A stretch of DNA of 64,000 nt, from positions 62,001 through 126,000 of the forward strand of contig CAJINV010000031.1 of NCBI GenBank assembly GCA_905178155.1, written 5' to 3'. This document shows positions 25,350-38,332 of the stretch, piece by piece; the stretch's first letter is position 1; every line of letters begins with the position of its first letter. The position numbers and the translations under genes were made by a program. Source of the stretch: Amoebophrya sp. A120 (lineage: Eukaryota > Protista > Dinoflagellata). The notes below the pieces were generated by a model. The model did no database searches, was not told the origin of the DNA, and saw only the letters and a list, made by a program, of their open reading frames with translations.

Positions 25350-25576
25350 TATTTGCTTAATACTTGAAGAAGCTTTAAGTCCGACGTGAAAAGCTATTTT
25401 GATCATGTCGAGATTCTGTTCAGCAAAATTTTTATACGATGTTCATTTTTCAAATTCAATCATCCTGAAAACGCGTTTGAGCGTAGCATCCTTGTATGGA
25501 ATTTGAATTCATCGGCCACGAAGTGGTGCAAATGATGCAGCAGGAGAACTAACGCAGCAGGTCGTGGACCACAAGG

Positions 25577-28500
25577 ATGATTTATTCCTTGATCATGCAT
25601 GTAAACACATCATTTACAACAGCGAACAAGAGACCGTCGACGGTCGAGCCTGCAAGCGAAGAGTCGGCAACGAGTACAACGAACGTCGGCACTGTTCTGG
25701 GCGGCGCTGAGGCAGAGCAAGTCGCATCGTCTTTGCGGCAGATCGGGGAAGTAGATGTAGATGAACGCGATCAAGGGACCGAAATAAGTCATCTGGACCA
25801 GGAACACGATCAAGGGACCACGCCACAATTAGGACAACAGAAACGAAGAAGGACGGAAGCTCAACTGGTTTGGGATACCTCAACCTCCGCTTCTTCTCGC
25901 CCGGACCAGTTAGGGCAGATCGGGTCGTCTTCTGCCGCACCTACTCCCTACCTCTCGGTCGGCGAACGCGCTATGAAGGTCCTGCAGGAGCACGGCAGGT
26001 TGCGTGGCAACCGCGTTCATCTGGATGTCACCAGGACCAAGGTGGAAAAGGCGAAGACTGCTCCACCCCGATTGCAGAAGCGACTTGGAGGAGGTGGTGG
26101 ACTTCGGAAAAAGGAAAACAAAGACAAAACTTGTCGAAAGCCAAAGCAATGTAAAAAGAAAACCGTGAGGCTTAAGGAATCTTTCGAAAAGAGGCAGGCG
26201 AAGCTGTGGGCAAAAATTCTGAGGGCCGCGAAATGCGCTGCAAAAGCGGAGAAATTCGTGAAGCGGCCGGAGTACAACAACGCGGGCCAGCAGAGAGATG
26301 GAAATGTTTCCGCAGAGGAACAAGTTCCGAAAGAAGTAGAAGAGGTCAATGCAAGTCCAAGTGCCGAACAAGAAGAGGAAATAATGCAAGAGCGCGGCAG
26401 AAGCAAAGCGCGCCGCCGAAAGAAAAGGAGGAAGCGAAACGCGAGAGCTGCGACATCAAGCCAGGAGATGAACCAGGAGAATAACGAAGACAGTGAACAA
26501 AGCAATGGCAGGACTTCGACCCCGAGGGACGACGACGAGGCGGCACAAAATCCACCAGTTGCAGGAGCTCAAGACGGCACTGCCAGTGAAGCGGTCGAGC
26601 AGCCTGTTTCTTCCGAAGCCGTCACCATGGTCGTCGTGCCCGACATGAATACAAGTTCCGCTTCTTCCTCTTCCAGCAGCAGCTCTTCGTCCTCTTCTAT
26701 TGCGCTGAACTACCCGGCAGCTGCACCAGCAGCCTCAGAAGTGGAACTGCTGCGAAGATCGCATCCCAAACTGTTTATTGAGACCACTCTACCGCCCTCG
26801 ATTACGCGACGCATGGGAAAAGGAAATGAGCAGGAGGCCGAAGTAGAAGACACTCAACTTGGTCCTGGAGCAGGGGAACTACATCAAACGAGAGCAAGAA
26901 CTACCCCGACGCAGCAGCCCGTGTACTACCGAATGCCGCCGCGGGATCCGTCCTTGCCCCCGCCCAGCGAGGAGGAGCTTCTGCGCCAGATGACCACGGG
27001 CTTGTGCCCAAAGTCGGGTGTGCGGGTAATTGCTCCTGGAACTAGTACAACGACAAGAACAACTGCTCCGGTAGTTGGATCTTCTCCTTCGGAAACGCTT
27101 GAAGATGTTCCGGCAAGACCAACATCTCAGGAACAAGTTGGAACTGGCAGTTCCTCGTCATCATCATCTTCTTCTTCTCTTTCAGCTGCACCACGGGGGC
27201 CTTTATTTCCTTCGGAGGAGGTTCTTGAAGAACCAATAGAACTGCCGGTCCAAAGCTCTCTCGGAAGATCGGAGGCACCAGCTACGCAGATGGAATTATC
27301 GGAGGTTCTCGCAGCGGGGGTCGCTGCAGCCGAGGTGGAGGACAATTCGAAGGGGGAGCAGGAGGTAGTAAGCTGCGGTGAACATCAAACGCCACCGAAC
27401 TACACGAGTGATGTCGTAGATGGTGTAGAAGGTCTTGACACGAGTGCTGGTCCAGCAGCTTCTGCTGCAATTTCAAATACCACGATGACCGATGTCAGTG
27501 TTCATCCCGGAGTCGAGGATGGCATGGTGCTGGCCGATGAAATAATGGGTCCTCGTGAGGCAACGACTGCTCATGCAGCTACTCCCGAAACTGACGACAC
27601 GATGGATCGTTATTTGGAAGGAGATGTTCTTGGAGACGTCGCCGAACAGGGGGATTCTAGTACGACGACCCTGTCGAGGAGCAGAAATGTGGAACGCACG
27701 GAACTGCATCAGGGGGACGAAGGTGTTTTTTTTTGTCTCTGCGATCTTTCTCTTCTGAAAGCACCACTCTTCGTCGGTCCAACAACACAAGTTGAAGTCA
27801 AATTGGGTTTATGTAATTGCATCACAGCATAGGTCGCTGCATTTTTACATCAGACTCTTTAGAAGTAGAAGTGACACGACCAATGGGCCAAACAAGTGAT
27901 AGATAACACGTCGGCAAAAAAATCATTTTCACTCCACTGTACTACAAAAGGTTCTCCTCGTTGCGAAGAACGTCAGGTGGACAACGACGACGAGACGACT
28001 GCTAGTCGACAACCACCTTCGACGGAGCCGGTGGAACGACAGAGCAGCCCTGTTGATGTGGCACCAGAACATCAAGAACCGAGATCTACTACTACTTCTT
28101 TGGGCCGCATCCCAACGAAAGCACCACCCCTACATCCAGGAACAACAGCAGTAGCCCTGGCGCGCACGGCGGCGGAGTTCTTGCACGCGCGTGGTGTGAC
28201 CGTTAGCGCGAATGGGACGTTCCGGGCAGGAGTTCTTGCAGCCACACAAAGTGCTCCTGGAGGTGGTGGTCCTCGGGGCCTCGTGCTTCTTCCCGGGAGA
28301 ACCGCCAGTCCAGTAGTTGCGTCCTCGGCATCAATGTCGAGGGGAGAAGCAGCAGCAGCTGCTCTCGTTGATGATGAACAAGAACAGGACTACAACAGCG
28401 ACACGCCAGGAGCGACGGCCACGACCGAAAGTAGATACAGTGGCACCTTGTGTGCGGACGACGCGAACCGGAGCGCGAGCGTTCCACCCGCTCGGGACGG

Positions 28501-31500
28501 CGGTGGTCATGTTGAAGACTACTACGTGGTATCAAATGCAAAAATGTCTGGGTCTGGAAGAGTGCAAGATTTGTCATGCATATTTCTCATGACCCACGGT
28601 GCCTGTAATGCAGGACTAGCATCGCAGACTTTTAGATTGCTTCCTGATGGTGCACCTTCCGCATGAGATGAAATGCCCTGTCCGTGTAGCACAAACTGTG
28701 CCCCTCTTGCTGGTCATGCAATACAAATTTTTTTAGAGTCCAAAAACAGCATGACAAGTTGCAATCTTCCAGACCCAGACATTTTTGCAGTTGATACGCG
28801 GACGGTGCAGGTAATTGTACGCTGGAGCATGGAACAACTTGTCCCGCCGTGGAAGCAGGTGATTGTGATGTCACTTGCACACCAACAAGTAGGATGGCAA
28901 TCGAAGACGATCGTACGGATCATGGGAGAAAAGTGGTCGGCACGAGAACACAACTTCGAAGCCTGTCCGAGCCCGGGCGAAGACCCGTGCCACGAAAGGC
29001 CGAGCGTCAAGCGGTCGTGCCGGAAGAAATTGAGCTGGAGGAGGCCGCGGTCCCGTCCCCGCACGGAATGCAGGTACTATTTTTTCCACACATAAAAGTG
29101 GGGGTGAATGTTTATGTTTTTGTTGCGTCGATTTGATCTGTATTTAAACATCATCAGTACAACTAGGAGTGGGTTCTATAGTCTCAACATCTCGGTGTCG
29201 CGGCCCCGATAATTTTTCTTTTTTCTGCACAATTTTCCGATGTTGCCGTGTTGCAGGGTGAGACTGAATTGGTTGATCTTTGACTCTTCATCTTGACCGG
29301 ATTCTTGCTTTCCTTCCCACCACCCGGTGAGAGGAACGAAGTAGGATTTTGTTGCTTGTTGCGACAAAAACAACAGGACCTGGAGGGGGAGCAGAATGCA
29401 GCCTCGGCCAGCGGTGGATTCGTGGAGGAGACGAGAGCTCTGTGTACCCGACAAAATGCACTATCAATTGCAGATGTGTTTGGGTCTGGAAGGATGTAAA
29501 CTTGTGATGCGTCCTGCGAGTCACAGAAAGTAGGATCTGGATTGCATGATTTTTGCCAAAAGTTGCTCACTACTTTTGATGACCAGGTTGAGAATGAGTT
29601 GTTTCTCATGCAGAATAGACATGATCGTAAAAAAGAGAAAGACCTCACAGAATGATCTGTCACGCCAGGTCCGGCATTCCTTAGCGATAGCGGGCATGGA
29701 AAACCCGCATAGCAGACCTCGCAATCTTTTAGAAGATCCAGACGTGTCTGCAATGCATAAGCCCTGCGGCCGTGCAACATGGCCGAGATGGAGGCGCAGA
29801 TGGCACACCTAACGGCCTTATCCGATACAAATATGTCTGGGTGTGGAAGCTTGTGATGGTAAGTGGCGATGATTGCGCATAAGTACTCCTGAGTGCAGCT
29901 AAGCATGACAAATGTTTCGGATCACACTTCCTCATGCGTTGTGCGCAATAGAAATTGCGCTTGTGCATGACAAAAGAAAGCTTCCAGACCTCCCAGACAT
30001 AATTGCAACGCATACGCCTCGATGGGCGGACGGGAGATCGCGACAGTGAGTCCGGTGCGCCTGGGCGAAATTCACTTCAGCCAGTCGTCTGTCGCGCCAC
30101 GGTTCGGCGGGGCGCATGGGCAGTTGCTGGACAATACGGCAGCCAGCATCGTCTCCGCAGTGCTGAACCAGCCGGGGCACGACCGTTTCCTGGAGCTCCG
30201 CCAGAAACTGGAAGCGTTTCCGATGATGCACGTGGTGCAGCATGAGAACGTGCTCTGGGCGCTGGACAACCGACGCCTCTACATGCTGAAGTACTTCTGG
30301 CCGGCCATGGATTGCTATGACAGCGCACAACTCCCCCTCCGTTCATTTGTCATGCAAGATTCCAAATCCACTCGCTTACTTGTGGCATGGTTTGCATGAC
30401 AAATTTCCCCGGATGAACAAGGCCGCCAAACTAGACTACGCTACTAGGCACACAAATTTGTCATGCACAGGTTCCACGTGTGGTGGTGTTTGTATTGTTA
30501 TTCATGCTATACAAATGAGGGGGAGGCGGGGGAGTTGTGCACTGTTATAACTGCGTCAACGTGCTCTTGTTTCGGACGCCGGAGCGGCATATCCTGTGCA
30601 AAAGTATCGTACTTGTAGTAATTGCATTTATGCATTACAAATCTCTTTCTCAAGGTAAATCAGCATTACAAATTTTATTTCTCATGCTGAGGAAATATGT
30701 AATGCAATTATACGAATACGATGCTTTTGCATTGCATACGGCACCGCTGCTGGCAGGTCCGAACCGGGGACCGGGGCAAGCCCTTCCTGGAAAAGCTGAC
30801 CACTCCGTTGTGTCAGAACCCGGACAACGAGCTAAACCCGATCTGGGTCACCTCGCAAGCGGCGTACGTGGAGCGGCATTTTGGGAACGGCGTGCCCCTG
30901 GTCGCAGTCCGACGTGGGCTGAACTCCGGACACCCAGCAACCGGGTCGGCGTCGGCGCAGCTGCCGCAGACTGGTGGTATATTTTGTTTGTTACCGCTGT
31001 ATAATCTTCGCCCTGCCTGCTGTACTTCTACTGGTACTGTCGTTCATGCCCAGTTGGCATTGCACCACGAAAAACAAGAAGATCATTCTAGTGATGTACA
31101 ACTGTATTTTTGCTTAGGTACTACAGTCACGTCTTCTGCCTTTCAGCAGCGCAGCCGAACACCAAATCGGAATGCCTACGCGCTATAAATCAAATCTGTC
31201 TCCGCTAGAAGCTCTTGCCAGACTTGTGATGCTAGGCCGACAAGAGGGGAATAAGATCATCTGCCAGCACACTTCTTGCGGCGCACGGTCAGCATTCAAT
31301 TGCCATGCCAATTTGCGACTTTTATATTCACCCAACCAGGAGCCATTTTCGATGGAAAAGTTGCCATGCGCGGCGCCGTAATTTTCTTTTTGAGGGAAGA
31401 TCGGCTGCTCATTACCAGGACCACATGCAGCTTCCAGGCACCGACATATTTGTAGAATGCATACGCGCAGACCGGTTGCTGCGGGATTCACGGACAATTC

Positions 31501-31570
31501 TTGAAAATGAAACTCGGCCTTTTTTATGTTGAAAATCATTATTTATTTTTATGTGGGTTGACCCAATAGT
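25577..31570 (+). CDS. Large low-complexity protein with basic NLS-like runs and a C-terminal ParB/Srx-like domain (ends approximate)
   Basis: 751-aa S/T/E-rich exon with KARRRKKRRKR; exon 30020-30315 encodes IHFSQSSVAPRF...FPMMHVVQ...WALDNRRLYMLK; six elements interrupt the 3' part. Confidence 0.6.
28530..28796. mobile_element. TIR introner element, family A
   Basis: Family A TIRs; TSD cgtgg/cgcgg. Confidence 0.95.
29462..29759. mobile_element. TIR introner element, family A (diverged)
   Basis: TATCAATTGCAGATGTGTTTGGGTCTGGAAG...CAGACGTGTCTGCAATGCATA; TSD tgcac/agccc; frame restored. Confidence 0.85.
29819..30014. mobile_element. TIR introner element, family A-like (196 bp)
   Basis: TATCCGATACAAATATGTCTGGG...CCCAGACATAATTGCAACGCATA; TSD ggcct/cgcct. 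Confidence 0.88.
30316..30549. mobile_element. TIR introner element, family F
   Basis: TATGACAGCGCACAACTCCCCC...GGGGGAGTTGTGCACTGTTATA; TSD attgc/actgc. Confidence 0.92.
30590..30738. mobile_element. TIR introner element, family B
   Basis: TATCCTGTGCAAAAGTATCGTA...TACGATGCTTTTGCATTGCATA; TSD cggca. Confidence 0.92.
31184..31463. mobile_element. TIR introner element, degenerate A-like
   Basis: TATAAATCAAATCTGTC...GACATATTTGTAGAATGCATA; TSD cgcgc; internal CTTGTGATGC. Confidence 0.75.
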
Positions 31571-32570
31571 TTTCAAACATTTTGTTTTCCTTTTCGTACG
31601 TACTTCTTTATATTTTTTTACGCGTTTACAATTACATTGTTGTTGTTCGATGTTCTTCTACGTAAAAAAATCACGACACCATCGACGACACAACATTTCT
31701 TCATAGCTAAAAGACATGCTAAAAGCCACAACATGACTTGACTTTCGAATAAAAGCAACACAACTAACACGCAACAGAAAGTGGGTTGTACTACCCCCCA
31801 ATACATCAAAATGAAAGTTTTTTCCTCGCACTTAAGGAAAAGTAGAAATCAAGGAAAAAACAGGTTACGAGCTGATTCGCTAGAATCCTCGAATACAAGA
31901 CAAATTTCAGCAACTGTCCTACTAGATACAAAGCACTAGCTTTATTTAGACGGTCGTAGCACAACACTAACTCGGAGAGGTGAAAGAAAACTTACGCATA
32001 GTTGTCTTGGACCTAACTATTCACATCCCTCTGGGATTGTCGATTTTCTAAAGGCTTTAATATATACTGCTACGTCTCCTCGTGGTAAGACCGAAACCTC
32101 GTGAAGTAAGTAGAACAGTTTCAAGAAGTACAAAACAACTTTAACAATTTTACTCAAACACTATTTTATTCTCAAACTTTATCTTACTTCTCGATTTTTA
32201 TATCTTCGGAATTAGGGTTTGATTCGTTTGCGATTGATTTCACGCTTTCTTCCAGACTATCTCACACTCGTACCTGCCATATTTTGCGATGATATTTATC
32301 TGCATTTTTGCAAACTCCATTTCAAAAAATTTAAATATTTTTGTATCGTCAAATACGCCACAGCAGGCATGAACACGTGACACTATAGACAGCCTATCAA
32401 GGGATGGGTCGGACTTTCTGCAAACTTGATTTATTTTTTCTGCAAATTATAATTGTTTCGCATTGAATAAAGTACTTATTTCTATTGATGTTGCTGCATG
32501 CAGGCATTGTACTAAGAACAAAACAAAAGATCACGACGGAAAAGGAAAACTCCTTTTCAAGAGGCAAGCA

Positions 32571-32637
32571 CCATGTCCCTGCGAGTAGAGGTAAGTAAAA
32601 ACGGACCCAGGCTCAACTACCACAGCCCAAAAAGAAG
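32571..32637 (+). repeat. About 66-bp dispersed direct repeat, copy 1
   Basis: CCATGTCC.TGCGAGTA.AGGTAAGTAAAAACGGACCCAGGCTCAACTACCACAGCCCAAAAAGAA, also at 33523-33588. Confidence 0.9.
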
Positions 32638-33522
32638 GAAAGGATAGATGTTGTCATGTGCTAAGAAACTTGTGCTTCTTATGCTATGTTGCCTTGCTTG
32701 CGTGGCTTCAGTTTCGAGTCCGAGTTGGTGGGCAGATAGACGCCCATCGCTCGATCCTTCCAAGTCCAATTCCTTCCCGTATCATTCTAAAAGGAGTACT
32801 ACATGACCAGCCTTTATTAAAATCGGAGCACTACATGATCATCAAGACCAATAAAAAAGAAAACTAACGAAAACAAACAAAAAAACAACAACAAAAAATG
32901 GTATGTTTTGAAAGTAGGTCATCTTATTCTTATCGCAGCACTGGCTTACTTTTACTTCTTCAACACATACGAAATTAAAAACGGCGATTCTACTTTTGCT
33001 CGTTCACGAAAAAAACATTCGACGACAAACAAAAGAACTATCGTATCAACCTCCCAGAGTAGTAGTATTTATCTGGAACGGGCGGGCGCTGTTGCGCACT
33101 CGTGTGTAAAGTATTCCGCACTGCAACTGGATTCGAAATAATTTATTAGGAGGTACCTGCTCTCAGCAAGAAAAGTTTACGAGTCTTCTGTGGCTTGTGA
33201 AAGTTTCTGTTAGGCAATAAAAGTCAAAAGCTATCTCATTCTTCCTAGGTAGCGAGGAGCAAAATGAGACTTGTATCACATTTCTACTCGTAGAACCTGA
33301 CTCTTTCTTCGTTGTCGTGTATTTCTATTTGTATTGGTATGGAGCTTGTCGACGTTGATACAAAACCCGGACTCTCAAGATATTTTCAAAACGTGTTGTC
33401 GTCTCACTCGAGGGGGCAGCGTAGTTTTGGATTCGAAGATTTAAGTACAACACTTTTGCGAGGAGATTGATACACCTGAACTACAATTTTGCGTGCAAGA
33501 GCAAGTGTCGTTTCAATACTAA

Positions 33523-33588
33523 CCATGTCCATGCGAGTATAGGTAAGTAAAAACGGACCCAGGCTCAACTACCACAGCCCAAAAAGAA
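33523..33588 (+). repeat. About 66-bp dispersed direct repeat, copy 2
   Basis: Near-identical to 32571-32637. Confidence 0.9.
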
Positions 33589-35560
33589 AATTATCCACAA
33601 ACACAACCAACATCCAAAATAAAGAAGATTTGACCCGTGCGGCGCGACAGAGCGGCAATTAGCCGCACGGTCTTGCTTCACCAGGTCATTGCCACGGTCG
33701 TCTCACCTGCGGTAGAAGAATACGTAGCACAACGAACTAGAAAATGACACTACTTTAAAACTCACGTTAATGGGGTTCTTGCGAAAATCTATCGGCACAT
33801 TCTTGCCGCGGGGAGGAGACCTATCGGCCTTGCGATGCCGAATCCTCGTGAGTCTGGCTCACAATAACTGCTAGGTGAGAATCAGGGCATAAAGATCTTT
33901 TGACTTTGACCTGTCTCGTCAAAGAACGGAGGGTGTAGCCAAAATATTGAGCATCTAAGACGGAGGCACTAGAACAAGTGCATCTCCAATCGAGCACGAA
34001 GCATCGTCTTTAACTCAGTCCTGATTTTTTCTACTTAGACTTTTTTCAGTACGATGATTTTTCTAGTTTTGCGCTATTGTGCGTACTAACATCGAAAAAT
34101 TGATAAGAAAAGCTTTGCTATTGTGCTCTTATTCATCAAACTTCCCTTTGGGGTTTCATTTTCACTTTTGAATAGGAAAAGCAAACAAGTGCTGCGGCAG
34201 GGCCGCCGTAAGAACATATGCACGAGAAGATAGCTGTGCTCAGATGACTCCGAGACTGATCTCAAAAACTTTTGGACTGATCGCAGCAACACTTAGTATA
34301 GTACAGGAATAGATTATTATTGCGTTTTCAAGCAAAAGTGCACGAGTGAAGTACTACTCCCTACCTCGACATAAATCAAATGTGTTTCTGCGACTACTTT
34401 TTTCGAAGGGTCATGCGATTTTTGGATCGTTTGACGCCTTGACTAGATTTCTCAAAAGAACGGAAAACTTAGCACAAATTTCTCAGTCTACAAACGTTTT
34501 TTCTGTTTTTCATCAATTTTTTAAACAAAATCCGACTCACTGGCATGTTTTCCCGTTTTGCCTCCTATAGCTCGTCCGAAAATTGAGTAGATTGCATGTG
34601 TAAAAAATCTTTTGAAGATCCTGTTATAGACGATGTTGGTTCTCGAGCCAGCCTCATGCGCGTTCTCGAGAACACCTGCACCGCTTGAAAAAGAATCGTC
34701 CCGCAGTGTCGACGTCAAGCACAGTCCGAGCATGTGTGTCACCATCGCGGCGCTCAGGATGATGAAGACACTACATTAAACTCTTTGAAAATCGCACTAC
34801 ACTGATCTGGACAAGAAGCGGGCAAAATATGATATTTAGCTCTCCGACGGAACAACTACAGAGCACCAATGCGTGCCCATGTTGTGGGACATGCTCAACG
34901 ACTGTAGTACATCAGGGAAGCTGCACCCGCTAAAAATGATAGAAATATTATGATTCGCTGTAGTATTCAAAGCTCTCCACTGAGAATGCTGTGCAATTTC
35001 CCCATGTGGTTTTGGCGCAAAGCCCTACGACACCGCTTTCCTTATGAAGCTGTTGAAGTAAATCTGAGACAGTGAAGCGGGGTGGTGGAGCGAGCGTCAG
35101 GACCAATGCGGATATATATTGCATGGGTGTTTCTGCTATAGCGGAGAGCGCGGCGTAAGAAACAAGAGCGTTGTAGGGACAAAGTTGCGAGATTTTTTCA
35201 AATCGAAGTATGTTCTTTCGAGTAGGCCAGACCCGGCAGGCCCTTTTCGGTAGGTCGGTAGGTAGTTAAGTACGGCGATGCTGTGAACTAGATGGCATTG
35301 GCGTTAGCTACCTCGAGCGTGGTCGTAGTGTCTTTCCTCCCGTGACTTTACCCTCCTACCTTCCTACCGTCATCGGGTCGGCCACAGTCATGCACGTCTC
35401 AGCGCGAGGCGAGCTACCCGACCTACCTTCTACTATCGGCCGAGCTGCCACAGAGCATAGGTCTCGAGCCGCCCTACCTACCTACTAGTGACTAGCTTCC
35501 GTAGCTGGTGCGGATCACAGGGCGCCCATCTACCTACCTACGGCCCGCCCTATCTCTTAG

Positions 35561-38332
35561 GAGGAGGAAACCCTGAAAAATTACGACGCCACCTGCGAAA
35601 TCCTAGCAACAACTTATGACTACCTACACGCAGCTTTTCCCGCGGCGAATGCCCCGACCGCATGCTTCCCACACAAAGTTCTTGACAATATTGATTCAAA
35701 TTGCGGAACCGACCATACTAATCTCGTCAACGCTTGTTTTTCGGCTGATGACTGGTCTCAAGGGTGGTGGAGTAGGTGGTATGAGAATAACGCCGTCGAT
35801 TGGAAGCTGGAGAGCGGGCCGAACGCGTGTGGTAAGGGCGACGTCGAGATGATGTGGCGGAGAAAGAGGAGGCGCGTCAATGTCACCTGCGTTGACAATT
35901 GCCCTTCGGGTTCACTCGGCCTGCAACCGGACCTGTGCGAATACGAGAGAAAAGTTTGCCACTACCCACCCTGCGATTGCGAGGTTGGCGATTGGACCGA
36001 CTGGGGGTGCAGCGCAGAATGCGGCACAGGAGAGCACAGGAAAACGCGATTTCAGACGAAGACCTATCCTGAGCAAAAACGTCCCCACCCCTTTTCTCTT
36101 CCCGTCGTAGTTGGTTCTCCTCTCCCTTCCTTTTCTGAAAGTTCGAACTTTCTTTGTGCTTTACAATTTGGTCTTTTCTAGTACATAGACACCCCATAGT
36201 CACGATGGTGAATCTGCTAGGCAAATCAACAAGCTTTCGTTGTTGCGCATGACAAGTGTGACCTCGTAGCTAGTGTATGTGTAATTCTGGCGAGCTAGTT
36301 CAGTAGCATCACAGACCTAGCATATCGTGGTGATTCGAGCTCCCTGTCTGCTTCTATTACAGTTGTGAGCGCAAAGTATCGTTGAAAGAAAATATGAGTG
36401 CCCGGGGATGAAGAGATACTCGCGATGTTTTCGCAGTTCTGACCCTATGCCGCTCCAGCGCCTGCGGAGGCTTGCCTCCCCAGCGATAATGGACAATGGC
36501 AATCCAATGTCGGCGCGGTTGTTTTAGCATCACAAATTCCCCGAAATGTCTTTCCTGTCCCTGCGGAGGCTTGCTTCCACGGTGACAATGGACGAGAGCG
36601 CAGCCGGCGCGGTTGTTTTAGCATCACAAATTTCGAAACACAGCTAGAAAATGCTTCTGATGGGGCGAGAAACATTTTCAGCATGCAGCTTTGCGTTACA
36701 GCTATGGGATCGTGGGGACGTTTTTACATAGGATAGGAACCCAACCTCCGGAGGAAGAAGTTGCGCAGACACGTCGGACGCAAACGGCGTCGCATACAGC
36801 ATACTCGTGCAATATGGGAGTGTCAGGATTGAAATCGTCAAAGTTGAAATGATTTGTGATGCATAAAATCGATACCAGCTGGAAGCCCGCCAATTTCCCA
36901 GCGGCGCATGACAAATTTCGACACCCTCTAAAATCAGTTTGTCATGCTGTTTAGAGACAGAAGGCGCCTTTTATCATGCTACTTTAGCAGCTCTATGCCA
37001 AACCCAAAACAGGCTTACAATCGGCCTCGTTTACAATCCCTGCAAGAGAGGCACTTCATGCCTTGCAGTTTCTGCATGAGAAATTATTTCAACCTTGAGG
37101 ATTTCAGTTCTGACGCTTCCATAAGCAAAAAAACGCGTGCCAGATCTGTAAGCTTGGAGATTTCGCACACACCGCGCAGACGAACCTGGAGTGTGTGGAC
37201 GATGGCGCTGGAAGCTGCAGGCGTTCCTGCAAAAAAGGGTTTGACTGGAACCACATCACGCAGCGGTGCGACTGGAAGGTGTGCACCTGCGAAGGCGGCG
37301 TCGGTGCTGAGGGGACAGAGTGCCCGTACAACGGGGCAGTCAACTGCGCGAGTTGCAAGAAGGACTTCTCTTTCTTCACCCAAAGGTTTGCAGAAGATGA
37401 CCCTAGGGAGTTTACAATTTGCCGCCGGAAATGCAGGTCGCTGGCCGCCGTCGCCAACCTCCAGGTGACCTCCGGTGCTGGCAAGAGTTCTTCATCTTCT
37501 TCCTTCAGTAGCACCTCTTTGCAGCTAGTCCGATCGGAAAAGGAACAGTCAATCATATTACAGTGAAAAATGCCCCGACCCCCAAAGTTGCAAAAATTTG
37601 CGATGCGAAGTTTCCAAATGAAAACTTTTTGTCATGCATGAAAGGAGTATGAATCTTGCTGATGCAGAGCCTAGGAGTGTATCGCATCGCTTGCATTACA
37701 AGCGCCGCTTTTAATGGGGTCTTTTGCAATACAAATTTTTACTATTCACGATTGGACATCTGTGATACTGATAGATGCAAGAGCAAGAGGGCGAATGTCT
37801 CACGACTTGGAAAAGTTTGCAATGCAAATGCTCCCAAGGCCGGGGGTGGGGGCATTTTTCATTGTAATAAATCAACAACGTGTGCAACACGGACACGGAG
37901 ACACTGTATCAAATGCAAAAATCTGGGTCTGGAAGGATGCAAGGTTTGTCATGCACATTTTGTATGACTCCTGATCTCTGCGATGCATGCCCTAGCATCA
38001 CAGGTGTTGTGACGGCTTTCTGATGCCTATACCGCAAGAGAAATGTCCTCTCGCCGTGGCCAGAACCAGACCTCTTTTGCTGTTCATGCAATACAGTTTT
38101 TTGGATAATGCAGACGCAGCATCACAAGTTTATTCTTCCAGACCCAGACATTTTTACATTTGATATGCTGACCACGAGTGCGATGGCGCTCTGCCAGGCG
38201 GCGACCTGCAACTATGGCGACCGGCAAAGCTGTTGCGTGAAAAAAAGCGCTGCGGTGGCGGTCGCATGGAGCGAAAAGCTGCCACTTCTTGTAGCCGTGC
38301 ACGTGGCGATAGCAGCTTTCGCGTACGTTTAA
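35561..38332 (+). CDS. Cys-rich surface protein with thrombospondin type-1 repeat and hydrophobic C-terminus (possible GPI signal); 5' exons unresolved
   Basis: DCEVGDWTDWGCSAECGTGEHRKTRFQTKTPTSGGRSC after element removal; further Cys-rich modules; ends LPLLVAVHVAIAAFAYV at TAA. Confidence 0.8.
36065..36735. mobile_element. TIR introner element, family D, long (671 bp) with internal duplication
   Basis: TATCCTGAGCAAAAACGTCCCCAC...GTGGGGACGTTTTTACATAGGATA; TSD agacc/ggaac. Confidence 0.88.
36813..37123. mobile_element. TIR introner element, family G
   Basis: TATGGGAGTGTCAGGATTGAAATC...GATTTCAGTTCTGACGCTTCCATA; TSD tgcaa/agcaa. Confidence 0.9.
37556..37869. mobile_element. TIR introner element, family H
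   Basis: TATTACAGTGAAAAATGCCCCGACCCC...GGGGTGGGGGCATTTTTCATTGTAATA; TSD aatca. Confidence 0.93.
37907..38165. mobile_element. TIR introner element, family A
   Basis: Family A TIRs; TSD cactg/tgctg. Confidence 0.93.
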
